NCBI GenBank assembly: GCA_035656655.1
Contig: DASRSE010000134.1
Span: 1-49,726 of the forward strand
DNA length: 49,726 nt
DNA from: Pirellulales bacterium
GTDB taxonomy: Bacteria > Planctomycetota > Planctomycetia > Pirellulales > DASRSE01
Direction of reading: 5' to 3'
Shown here: piece by piece, positions 36,185 through 46,419 of the stretch
Position numbering within the stretch: the first letter of the stretch is position 1
Layout of the letters: each line of letters opens with the position of its first letter
Notes under the pieces: model-generated
What the model was told of the DNA's origin: nothing
The model's database searches: none
Seen by the model: only the letters and a program-made list of their open reading frames with translations
Translations under genes and position numbers: made by a program

Positions 36185-37189
36185 TCACGAGCCGTAAGTT
36201 TCGCGCCACACGCAGCCGGCCCAAGAAAAGCCGACGCCGAACCCCACCAAAAGCGACCGCAGATTCGGCCGCAGCCGGCCCGTCCGCCGTAATTCGTCGA
36301 TCACAATCGGCAATGTCGAAGAGACCGTGTTGCCGCACCGCTCGAGCACGATCGGCAATTGCTCCGCGGTCAGGTCGAGGCGCTGCCGCAGTTCATCCAG
36401 CATCTTGAACGTCGCCTGATGCATCAAATAGAGATCGATCTCCGCGGCTGGCAGCCCCGCCGAATTGCACACGTCTTCCAGCAACTGCGGAATCGTGCCC
36501 ACCGTCAAATTGATTAAGCTCGGCCCGTCCATATAGAGCGGGCTATTCCAGCGCTGCCGGTGGCGCGGCTGAATTGCGTCTTTCTCCGGACGCGCGCCCC
36601 CGCGATTGACAATCAGCGTGTCCGCGCCGGAGCCATCGGTGCCGAAGACAAAGCCGGACAGGGTCGGCTCGGGGTGCGCTTCGATCAGCGTCGCCGCCGC
36701 GCCATCGCCAAATATGGGCCGCAGAGAACGGTCGTCCGGCGCGATGTACTTCGAGTACGTTTCGGCCGTGACCAGCAGGACGCGGCGGGCGACGCCGCTG
36801 CGAATCAGGCCGTCGGCCAACGACAATCCGTAGACAAAGCCCGAACAGCCGAGATTAAAATCGAGCGCGCCGACCGACGTCTTGAGCTGGAGCCGATCTT
36901 GCAGCAAGCAAGCGGTCGTCGGCAACGGATAGTCCGGCGTTTGCGTGCAAAGCAAAATGAAGTCGATCGACCGCGGATCGATGTCGAACTCGCGGAACAA
37001 CTTTAATGCCGCCTGCACTCCCAGATCGGAAGCACACTCGTCCGGCGCGGCAATATGCCGGCTTAAGATACCGGTTTTAGAACCAATCAGGTTCATGTCC
37101 CAACTGGGATATTCAGCCCGCAATTGCTCGTTCGTTTCCACCCGTTCGGGCAGATGAACGGCGATCGGGCCAATGGCGGCGAAGTTCAC
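36185..37189 (-). CDS. 3-oxoacyl-ACP synthase III family protein (FabH-like)
   Basis: GTG start with a GAGGA Shine-Dalgarno 6 nt upstream. Catalytic Cys context NLGCSGFVYGL, His context LYLMHQA, Asn context CGNTVSSTLP, and a C-terminal GFGVGFSWAG. Confidence 0.88.
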   Translation of the reverse strand: MNFAAIGPIAVHLPERVETNEQLRAEYPSWDMNLIGSKTGILSRHIAAPDECASDLGVQAALKLFREFDIDPRSIDFILLCTQTPDYPLPTTACLLQDRLQLKTSVGALDFNLGCSGFVYGLSLADGLIRSGVARRVLLVTAETYSKYIAPDDRSLRPIFGDGAAATLIEAHPEPTLSGFVFGTDGSGADTLIVNRGGARPEKDAIQPRHRQRWNSPLYMDGPSLINLTVGTIPQLLEDVCNSAGLPAAEIDLYLMHQATFKMLDELRQRLDLTAEQLPIVLERCGNTVSSTLPIVIDELRRTGRLRPNLRSLLVGFGVGFSWAGCVWRETYGS

Positions 37190-37440
37190 ACAAGGTCCTC
37201 AATTGCCGGGGGAATCTCGCGAAGCTACCATTCCGCGGAAAAGCGGTCAACCCGAGAGGGCGGCGAATTGATGCGCGGGCTGCGCGGACTCTCCGAGGCG
37301 ACCAGAGCCATCGGGCGCCCGCCGCGCGGAGCGCAAAAAACTGGCCGAAGTTTGAGATCCAAAGAAACCAGGTCCGCGGATGGGCGGCGCGCCGCCGTAC
37401 CCTGAGCGGCGCGCGGCGAAACCGCGCCTTTTTAGCGCGG

Positions 37441-39753
37441 CTATTTCGAGCAATTGAGAATCATAAACACCGAGGGGCTCACGGCGCCGTCCACCTTGTC
37501 CCAGGTCAACGGCGGATTGCCGGCGTTTTTGGCCGGCGAAAAGTTCGAGATCTTTTTCGAGAGAAAGTCGATCAGCGTTGCGCCAGGAATCGCCATCCCG
37601 TAGCTGTCTTCGTCGCCGCGGCTGGTCTTCGCCGTCACCATGCCGACCACGCAGCCGCGATTGTCGCACAGCGCGCCGCCGCTGTTGCCGGGATTCACGC
37701 GGCAATCGAGCAAATACATTCCTTCTTCTTGCGCGTCAGGCAGCCCGCTCACCACGCCATTGGTGAATTTCAGCCCTTTGCCGAACGTGTCTCCGAAGGG
37801 AAAGCCAAAGGCGCCGACGCTCGCGCCGCGGCCCAACTGCTCCGCGGCCACCGGCAGCGGCCTCAGCTTCGTGTTGGCCGGCGCGTCGATCTGGATGATC
37901 GCCATATCGCGTTTGGCATCGTCGGCGATGAGCCGCGCAGGAACTGGCTGATCGAGGCCCGGAATGCGGACTTTGATTTTCCCTGCCCCCTTGATGACGT
38001 GGTGGTTGGTCATGATGTAGCCCCCTTCGGCGACGACGAAGCCGCTGCCGGTGCCGCGGATGCCGGCATTGCCTGCCAAGTGGCGGATTGCGTCCGCTAG
38101 CTTCGGATTGGTCGGCTTGAATTTCAAGGAGTCGTTGAGCATGGCGTTGGCCTCGTCGGCCATTTCAAACCGTTCGAGCATCATCGCCAGCGCCAAGTGC
38201 AATTCGACCGCCTTGTTCTGATCGCGGAAAGTCGATTTCTTTTTCCAATCGTTCAGATCGTCGAGCGCAAACTTCAGTTTTTTCTTGGCTTCTTCCAGGG
38301 GGCTCGTGACGGCGGAGCGAATCTTCGCGATCAAGAGTTCTTCGAAGAACGGCTCCTCCAGTCCTTTTTTATTTTCCGGATCGGCTTGATCGGCGATTCC
38401 TTTCCACTTCTGCAATTGTTCGAGATAGCTCGCGGCCAGATGCCATTTTTGCAGCCACGCCAGGGCTTTCTGGGCAGCCGGCAGCTTGTCCTGATCGGCG
38501 GCCGAATCGACCGCGGCAAAGAGCTTGTCGCGCTCCGAACGCGCATCGACGTAGCGCGGCAAAGCATATAAAAATTGGTCGAGGCCGCCCGGTTCGTAGC
38601 CCAATTCTCCAAACGGCTGGCCTTTTGAATCGAGCAGCACGATCATCGGCACTTGTTCGATTCCAAAACGTTCGGCCGTTTCTTTGTTGCGCTTGCGGTC
38701 TTGGACTTTGTGCTTCGGATGCGAGCCCAGCTCGACGACGACCAACTCAAACTGCTTGAACATGTTCTTTTGAAACTCGGGGCGAATGAGCGTCTCATAT
38801 TCCAACGCCACACTTTCGGTATCCGAGGAATCAAGAAACGCGACCAAGACGTCCTTTTGATCGTCCGCGGCCCGTTTGATGGCCGCGTCGACATCTTGCT
38901 GCCAATCGTCGAGCGACGCCGGAGCCGGCTGATCGGCAGTCTTGTCAGGGACGCCGGCCTTCGGCTTGAGCGTCGGCTCGAGCGATTCCCATTTCGGCTT
39001 GAAGGTCGTGTCCTCGCTCGGCTTCACTTGCACCGCCGTTTCAATGGCAAAATAGCCGCTCCGCTGGAGTTCGACTTTGTGCCGGCCGGGCTTCAATTCA
39101 AACGCGCCCGTATCGGGAATCTGCGTCCGCACCCCATCCAACGTGAGCAGCGCTTCGGTCCGCTCTTCCGGCGACAAATCGAGCAGCAACCGGCGCGGCT
39201 GGTTGGCGGCGACAATTTTGGCTTTCTCGGCCGCCTCCTCCGCGTTCTGATGGTTCAGCACGAAGAAACCCGCAATTCCGCACAAGATCAACAACGCCGC
39301 GCATCCGCCGCCAATCAGCCACGGCGTTTTCGAGCCGCTCCCTTTGGATGCAAGCGGTTTATCGGCAGGGACAAACGACGAGCGCGCGCGGTTCGAGCCT
39401 AAAAAGCTCAACGAGTCATCAGCCGCGCTCGAATCGGCTGGCTCCACTTCGAGCACTTCCGCCACCGCGACGGGCGCCGGTTGCGCTGGCGGTTTCGGTC
39501 GGGAAACGGCCGCTCGCGAACTGCTAGTCGAACTCGGCCCGCCTAAAGATGCAGCTAATGAAGAGATTGAGCCGGTGGACGCCGGCGGCGCAGAAGTCGC
39601 CGGCGCGGCAGGGGCTGGCGCGGCGGGGCTGTCTGGCGCCACTTCCACCGTCAGCGGGCCGCCACACTTGGGGCATTTCAGCTTTCGGCTCGCCTGAGCC
39701 TCTTCAACCTTGAATTTCGCCTGGCAAGCGGCGCAGCGACCGACAAATCTCAT
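37441..39753 (-). CDS. Multidomain membrane protein: Zn-ribbon, P/A/S-rich linker, TM helix, PEGA-like domain, thioredoxin-fold domain lacking CxxC, helical repeat region, and a trypsin-like (S1C/HtrA-type) serine protease without PDZ
   Basis: Zn-ribbon CAACQAKFKV...CPKCGG. PEGA-like segment TLDGVRTQIPDTGAFELKPGRHKVELQRSGY. Trx-like segment DVLVAFLDSSDTES...VPMIVLLDSKGQP. Protease triad contexts TNHHV / DMAIIQ / GNSGG. The track start at 39810 is TTG, so I used the ATG at 39753 (MRFVGRC...). Confidence 0.85.
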   Translation of the reverse strand: MRFVGRCAACQAKFKVEEAQASRKLKCPKCGGPLTVEVAPDSPAAPAPAAPATSAPPASTGSISSLAASLGGPSSTSSSRAAVSRPKPPAQPAPVAVAEVLEVEPADSSAADDSLSFLGSNRARSSFVPADKPLASKGSGSKTPWLIGGGCAALLILCGIAGFFVLNHQNAEEAAEKAKIVAANQPRRLLLDLSPEERTEALLTLDGVRTQIPDTGAFELKPGRHKVELQRSGYFAIETAVQVKPSEDTTFKPKWESLEPTLKPKAGVPDKTADQPAPASLDDWQQDVDAAIKRAADDQKDVLVAFLDSSDTESVALEYETLIRPEFQKNMFKQFELVVVELGSHPKHKVQDRKRNKETAERFGIEQVPMIVLLDSKGQPFGELGYEPGGLDQFLYALPRYVDARSERDKLFAAVDSAADQDKLPAAQKALAWLQKWHLAASYLEQLQKWKGIADQADPENKKGLEEPFFEELLIAKIRSAVTSPLEEAKKKLKFALDDLNDWKKKSTFRDQNKAVELHLALAMMLERFEMADEANAMLNDSLKFKPTNPKLADAIRHLAGNAGIRGTGSGFVVAEGGYIMTNHHVIKGAGKIKVRIPGLDQPVPARLIADDAKRDMAIIQIDAPANTKLRPLPVAAEQLGRGASVGAFGFPFGDTFGKGLKFTNGVVSGLPDAQEEGMYLLDCRVNPGNSGGALCDNRGCVVGMVTAKTSRGDEDSYGMAIPGATLIDFLSKKISNFSPAKNAGNPPLTWDKVDGAVSPSVFMILNCSK

Positions 39754-40104
39754 GATTTGCCCCTGGAGTGTGAGCGGATGAAATGGCGTTTGGAGCGGAA
39801 ACTCGGACAACGTTCGAGCGATACTCTATTCTCCGGTTAAAAAACACCGCTGACAAGAAGCTGGGGCCGACGGAATCGGCTGAAAAAGGCGAAATTCGAT
39901 CCGACCAGCGGTTTTCCGAGCCGTTATTGACAAAAAATGGGCGATTTGGGAATCTCCCGCCCCGAATGCCCGGCGACGGTCTTCGCCGCTCGCGGCGCGC
40001 AGCGGCGTGGCCTTGGCATCCGCCGGCTGCCAGGAGTGAGGCCGATTTAGAACTCGCGCCCGTAACCGCCCGGCGATAACACCCTCTGCAGAGGAAACCG
40101 CAGC

Positions 40105-41577
40105 ATGGAAGAGCAACGGACGCATTTTTATATTCCGGGCAAATGGCTTTGGATTGGCGCCGTCCTCGTGGCGACTCATCTCAGTTCGGCGTTCTATGCG
40201 TATCTGCGGCAGCCCTCGAGGTCGTTTCACGAATACGCGCAGCAAGTCGATTTTCCGCAGCTAGGGTTTCACTCGCCGCTGGCGAGTTGGGAAGACGCGA
40301 CCGCCGGCTCCGACTCGGCGACAAACTTGCAAGTCGCGCAGAACTTTGCCGCCGGCCACGGGCTGAGCGCCAGCTCCGGCACGGCGGCGGCCCCGTATGA
40401 ACCAGCGCAAGTTGAACCGGGGGCGCCCTTCGTGCTGGGGCTCTGGTTGAAGGTCTGGGGAGCCAAGACCGCCATGAGCTTGTTTTGCTTTGCCGTGCTC
40501 GCTCAGCTTCTCTGCGGCGCGATTGTGACCGCGACTGCCGCCCTTTATATCGGCAACGTGTGGGCCTTGTGTTGCACCGCGGTCGCCAGCGGGCTCTGTC
40601 CGCCGCTGCTGAATCATTTTTATGGAATTTCGCTCGCCAGCGCCGAAATCGTCGCGCTGATCCCTCTGGCACTGATGAATTTTGCCTTGGCGCGCGGCTT
40701 CCGTCTGTATCGCGATGCGGATGAAAGCTGGCGGCGCTACGGTTTTTGGTTTGCCTTGGCTGGCTTGACGCTCGGTGTCAGCGCGCTGATCGAAGAAGGG
40801 CTGATTCTGTTCATGCTCTTTCTGGCGGTCTACTTAGCGCTAGGAATCGTCCGTTATCGCACCCGCATTGCCTTTCGCCGCGCGAGTCTAGCCGGTCTGA
40901 CGATTGCGGTGGTCGCGCTCGGTGTTAAAATTCCCGTCGAACTTTGGCGCGGAGCGGCCGCTGGCGCGAGTTCCACGGTCGCTCATGGACAAGCCTATTG
41001 GCAGACGGCTCTCTGGGCCAAACACGATGCGGCGACACGCTACGACGCGGCGGGAATCGGCTTCGGCGAGGCGCTCGATCCGGCCGCGGCGCAAACCGTC
41101 AACGCCTATTTCGAGCATGGGGGCAATCTGCCGCAACTGGTCTCCGCTTGGAATCTCGGCTTGGCCGTGGCCAAGCATCCGGTCCAAGCGTTCGAGTACA
41201 AGGCCGCGCGGCTGCCGGTCCTGTGGCTCGGGACTTCGCGCTGGCCGCAAGTGCGCTGGTCCTTGGTCGCGAAATGGTGCGTCGGTTTTTACGCGCTGCT
41301 GGGAGTTTATCTCGTGTTGCGATTAGCGGCGCGCAAGCGAATTCCGGAAATCGTTTATCTGTATGCTCTCTTTTTGCTGTGCGCGATGCCCGTCATTCCG
41401 TTCGAGTTTCGCTATACCATCCCCGTTTGGGTCGGGCTGATGCTCGTGCCCGGATTACTCATCGAACATTTCCGCGCATCGATCCCGGGCCGCATCTGGG
41501 GAGGCCGCTTCCGTAGCGACGTGCCGGCCGAAGTCGGTCGCGACTTCGCCGGCCAGACGCACGAGGTTTCGGTCTAA
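40105..41577 (+). CDS. Polytopic membrane protein, tentatively a GT-C-type (ArnT/PMT-like) glycosyltransferase
   Basis: 490 aa with an ATG preceded by GAGGAA, and at least 9 predicted hydrophobic helices. I verified no catalytic motif. The call rests on topology and neighbouring sugar-nucleotide genes. Confidence 0.55.
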   Translation: MEEQRTHFYIPGKWLWIGAVLVATHLSSAFYAYLRQPSRSFHEYAQQVDFPQLGFHSPLASWEDATAGSDSATNLQVAQNFAAGHGLSASSGTAAAPYEPAQVEPGAPFVLGLWLKVWGAKTAMSLFCFAVLAQLLCGAIVTATAALYIGNVWALCCTAVASGLCPPLLNHFYGISLASAEIVALIPLALMNFALARGFRLYRDADESWRRYGFWFALAGLTLGVSALIEEGLILFMLFLAVYLALGIVRYRTRIAFRRASLAGLTIAVVALGVKIPVELWRGAAAGASSTVAHGQAYWQTALWAKHDAATRYDAAGIGFGEALDPAAAQTVNAYFEHGGNLPQLVSAWNLGLAVAKHPVQAFEYKAARLPVLWLGTSRWPQVRWSLVAKWCVGFYALLGVYLVLRLAARKRIPEIVYLYALFLLCAMPVIPFEFRYTIPVWVGLMLVPGLLIEHFRASIPGRIWGGRFRSDVPAEVGRDFAGQTHEVSV

Positions 41578-41646
41578 CGCGAAACGCTTCGCGCAGCGGA
41601 ACCGTTTCCATCGCGCGTTGACCGCTTTGAGCCGGCGCCCTGTGGG

Positions 41647-42513
41647 CTACGCGCCGAATTGAATCACCGGGTTGATCAGCGTGCCAATGCCGTCGATGCG
41701 GATTTCGACGATGTCGCCCGGCAGCAACGTAAAATCATTGCCCGGAACGATGCCGGTGCCGGTGAGCAAGATCACGCCGTCAGGAAAGAGATTGTCGCGG
41801 CCGAGCCAACTGACCAGGTCTTCAAACGTCCGGTTGAGCTGACCGAGATCCGTTTTTCCGGTAAAGACGACTTCGCTGTTGCGACAAATGTTTAATTGAA
41901 TGCCGATCTGTTCGCGCGGCGGCATCGCGCTGGCCAAGGTGATGCACGGCCCAAGCGCGCAGCTCGCGTCGTAGACTTTTGCCTGCGGCAGATAGAGCGG
42001 ATTTTCGCCTTCGATGTCGCGCGAACTCATGTCGTTGCCGATCGTATAGCCGACAATTTTCAAGCGTGAGTTAAGCACCAAAGCGAGTTCTGGTTCCGGG
42101 ACACTCCAAGTCGCGTCGCTACGAATGCGAACCCCTTGGCCTGGCCCAACCACTCGGTGCGGGCTGGCTTTGAAAAACAACTCGGGGCGCGGCGCTTCGT
42201 AGACGAGATCGTAAAACCGTGCGGCGCCTGCGGACTCTTCCATCCGCGCTGCCTTGCTTCGTTTGTAGGTGACCCCGGCCGCCCACACTTCTTGCTGGTC
42301 GATTGGCGGCAGCAGCCGCAGCCGCGCGACATCCAGCGGCGCGGCGTTGCGGTCGACGTGCTGGTGGACAAAGGCGGCCGGATCAGCCGCTTCCAAGACA
42401 TCGCGCAAAGCCAGCAGCATGGGGCCACTACTCTCCAGCGGCCATGCGTGTTGTCCTTCGATCAGGATCACGCTGGGGAACGAGTCGGGCAAAAGGGTTT
42501 TGGCAAGTTTCAT
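41647..42513 (-). CDS. Fumarylacetoacetate hydrolase (FAH) family protein
   Basis: 288 aa. The FAH-fold pattern is FFKASPHRVVGPGQGVRIRSDATWSVPEPELALVLN...GYTIGNDMSSRDIE...GTGIVPGNDFTLLPGDIVEIRIDGIGTL. Confidence 0.88.
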   Translation of the reverse strand: MKLAKTLLPDSFPSVILIEGQHAWPLESSGPMLLALRDVLEAADPAAFVHQHVDRNAAPLDVARLRLLPPIDQQEVWAAGVTYKRSKAARMEESAGAARFYDLVYEAPRPELFFKASPHRVVGPGQGVRIRSDATWSVPEPELALVLNSRLKIVGYTIGNDMSSRDIEGENPLYLPQAKVYDASCALGPCITLASAMPPREQIGIQLNICRNSEVVFTGKTDLGQLNRTFEDLVSWLGRDNLFPDGVILLTGTGIVPGNDFTLLPGDIVEIRIDGIGTLINPVIQFGA

Positions 42514-42515
42514 GA

Positions 42516-43667
<1,152 letters not shown>

Positions 43668-43735
43668 GCGAGCGATCCGCAACCGCTGGTTTCGGCACGC
43701 GCCGCGGCGACGCCAGTATACGAGGAAGAAACCTG

Positions 43736-45046
43736 ATGAAGATTGCAGTCATTGGCACCGGCTACGTCGGCTTGGTCACCGGCACCTGCTTTGCCGACAG
43801 CGGCAACGATGTGACCTGCATCGACATCGACCAGCGCAAAGTCGATACGCTGCGCCGCGGCGAAATTCCCATCTACGAGCCCGGCCTGACTGAATTGGTC
43901 AAACGGAACACGGCGGCCGGGCGGCTGAAGTTCACGACCGACTATCCCAGCGGCGTCAGTTCCGCGCGGGTGGTTTTTCTCGCCGTCGGCACCCCGCCGC
44001 GCGAGGACGGCTCGGCCGATTTGAAATATCTCCTGCAAGCGATCGATCAGATCGCGCCGCTTCTGAAGCCCAACGCGATCGTCATCACGAAAAGCACGGT
44101 GCCGGTCGGAACCTGCGCAAAAATTGAAGCGCGGCTGAAGGAGCTGACCGGCCGCGCCTGCGACGTGGCCAGCAACCCCGAATTTCTGAAAGAAGGGGCC
44201 GCGATCGAAGACTTCACCAAGCCGGACCGAGTCGTGGTGGGCGTCCGCCGCCCCGAAGTGGGCGACGCCTTGCGTGAACTGTACGCGCCGTTTCTGCGCA
44301 ATGAGCATCCGTTTCTCTGCATGTCGCCGGAAAGCTCGGAAATGACGAAGTACGCGGCCAACGCGATGCTCTCCACCAAGATCAGCTTTGTCAACGAAAT
44401 GGCGAATATCTGCGAGTGCATCGGCGCGGATATCAACGATGTTCGCCGTGGGATGGGCTTCGACAGCCGCATCGGCTTTCAATTCATGTTTCCCGGAGTC
44501 GGCTACGGCGGGAGTTGCTTTCCCAAGGATGTCCGCGCCCTCTCGTCGGTCGCCCGCGAAAACGGTTACGATGCCAAGGTGCTCGACGCCGTGGACGCGG
44601 TGAATCGCCGGCAGCAACAGGTCCAAGCCGCCAAAATCGAAAGGCATTTTGGCGGCCGGCTGACCGGCCGCATCTTGGCCGTGTGGGGGCTGGCGTTCAA
44701 GCCGCGCACCGACGACATTCGCGAGGCCCCGGCCTTGGCCCTCATCGACCGGCTGCTCGAATTGGGCGCGAAGATTCAAGTTCACGACCCGGAAGCGATG
44801 AACAACGTGCGCGACAAATATGGCGACAAACTGACCTATTGCAAGCTGCCGCTGGACGCGCTGCATGGCGCCGACGCCTTGGCGATCATGACCGAATGGG
44901 CCGAGTTTCGCCAACCCGATTTTGACGAGATGAAGAACCGGATGAAATCGCCGGTCATCTTCGATGGCCGCAACATCTTTGAATGCGACGCCATGCGGCA
45001 GCAAGGCTTCGTCTATTACAGCATCGGCCGCAAGCCGGTGATGTAG
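43736..45046 (+). CDS. ugd: UDP-glucose 6-dehydrogenase
   Basis: Internal ATG ([20 protein letters not shown]...) with a GAGGAAG Shine-Dalgarno. The catalytic Cys context is [10 protein letters not shown], followed by [14 protein letters not shown]. Confidence 0.93.
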   Translation: MKIAVIGTGYVGLVTGTCFADSGNDVTCIDIDQRKVDTLRRGEIPIYEPGLTELVKRNTAAGRLKFTTDYPSGVSSARVVFLAVGTPPREDGSADLKYLLQAIDQIAPLLKPNAIVITKSTVPVGTCAKIEARLKELTGRACDVASNPEFLKEGAAIEDFTKPDRVVVGVRRPEVGDALRELYAPFLRNEHPFLCMSPESSEMTKYAANAMLSTKISFVNEMANICECIGADINDVRRGMGFDSRIGFQFMFPGVGYGGSCFPKDVRALSSVARENGYDAKVLDAVDAVNRRQQQVQAAKIERHFGGRLTGRILAVWGLAFKPRTDDIREAPALALIDRLLELGAKIQVHDPEAMNNVRDKYGDKLTYCKLPLDALHGADALAIMTEWAEFRQPDFDEMKNRMKSPVIFDGRNIFECDAMRQQGFVYYSIGRKPVM

Positions 45047-45135
45047 CTGCGGCAGCGCGGATGGCGCGCCGCCGGCGCTCTTTTGCGGCGCCGCTCCGAT
45101 TCCGTTTTGTCGCGCCGCCGCCTACAATCGCGGCC

Positions 45136-46278
45136 ATGTCGCGACCAAAGTCCGCTCTTGCCGCCGTTCTGACGATTGCGCCCGAAACGCCCGCTTGGCG
45201 GCGCGCGGTCCGGAGCCGGCTCCTTCGCTGGTATCGCGCGCATGCGCGGACGCTGCCTTGGCGCGGCTCCCACGATCCGTATGCGATCTGGATCAGCGAG
45301 ATCATGCTGCAACAGACCCAGGTCGAAACCGTGAAGCCCTATTTCATCCGCTTCATGCGGACCTTTCCCACCATTGCCGCCTTGACCGCCGCCGCGGAAA
45401 GCGAAGTTTTGAAGCTGTGGGAAGGCCTCGGCTACTATCGCCGGGCCCGGCAACTGCATGCCGCCGCGCGGCAGATCGTCGCGGATCATGGCGGAGTGTT
45501 TCCCAGCGATCTGGAGCGAGTTCGCAATCTGCCGGGCATCGGCCGCTACACGGCCGGCGCGATATTGTCGATCGCCTTCGATTTGCGGCAGCCGATTCTG
45601 GAAGCCAACACGGTGCGGCTGTACAGCCGGCTGCTCGCCTGGCGCGACGATCCGCACGGCAAACCGGGACAGGACCGGCTGTGGCGATTCGCGCTCGACA
45701 TTTTGCCAGCAAAAAACAGCGGCGCGTTCAATCAGGCTTTGATGGAACTCGGCAGCCTGGTCTGCACGCCGCGCGCGCCAAAATGCGAGAGCTGCCCGTT
45801 GTCCGCCGTTTGTCCGACGCGCCGGCTGGGCTGGCAAGACCGCATCCCTGCGCCGAAACAGCAGCCGCGCTTCGTCGCTGTGCAAGCGGCCGCGATCGTG
45901 GTCCGAAGGTCGGGCGGCAAAGTCCTGCTCCGCAAGTGCGGTCCGGACGAGCGCTGGGCCGGACTGTGGGATTTTCTGCGGTTTGAAGTTCCGGACCCCG
46001 AGCAGCGCTCGCTCGCCGAGCAGGTTCAAAAGCGGACCGGCCTGAAAGTCACGATCGGCTCTCCTTTCTTGACCATCAAGCACGGCGTCACGCGGTTCAA
46101 GATCACGCTCGCTTGCTATCCGGCCGAGGCGGTCGGAGGCCGGCTCGCGCAGCCGCGGGAGTCGCTCCGCTGGATCAAGCTAGCGGAGTTGGCGGACTAT
46201 CCGTTGAGTACGACGGGCCGCAAAATCGCGAACCATTTGCGTGATCTGGGGATTACGGGAGTCTCCGGGGCAGAGTGA
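45136..46278 (+). CDS. mutY: A/G-specific adenine DNA glycosylase
   Basis: Characteristic sequences: LPWRGSHDPYAIWISEIMLQQTQV, the HhH-GPD motif LPGIGRYTAGAILSIAF, the FeS cluster CTPRAPKCESCPLSAVC, and a C-terminal NUDIX-like domain. The start at ATG 45136 is uncertain; 45061 is an alternative. Confidence 0.88.
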   Translation: MSRPKSALAAVLTIAPETPAWRRAVRSRLLRWYRAHARTLPWRGSHDPYAIWISEIMLQQTQVETVKPYFIRFMRTFPTIAALTAAAESEVLKLWEGLGYYRRARQLHAAARQIVADHGGVFPSDLERVRNLPGIGRYTAGAILSIAFDLRQPILEANTVRLYSRLLAWRDDPHGKPGQDRLWRFALDILPAKNSGAFNQALMELGSLVCTPRAPKCESCPLSAVCPTRRLGWQDRIPAPKQQPRFVAVQAAAIVVRRSGGKVLLRKCGPDERWAGLWDFLRFEVPDPEQRSLAEQVQKRTGLKVTIGSPFLTIKHGVTRFKITLACYPAEAVGGRLAQPRESLRWIKLAELADYPLSTTGRKIANHLRDLGITGVSGAE

Positions 46279-46419
46279 CTCCCCTTGCCACCGATTTGAT
46301 TTGGCCGGATACTGTAAGATTATCGCATATGCGCATTCTATGATCTGGATTCGATGCGGACCGGTCCGCCGCGGCGGACACTCGCAACCGATTTCGCTTT
46401 CGTCGATTCGATCCCCTCT

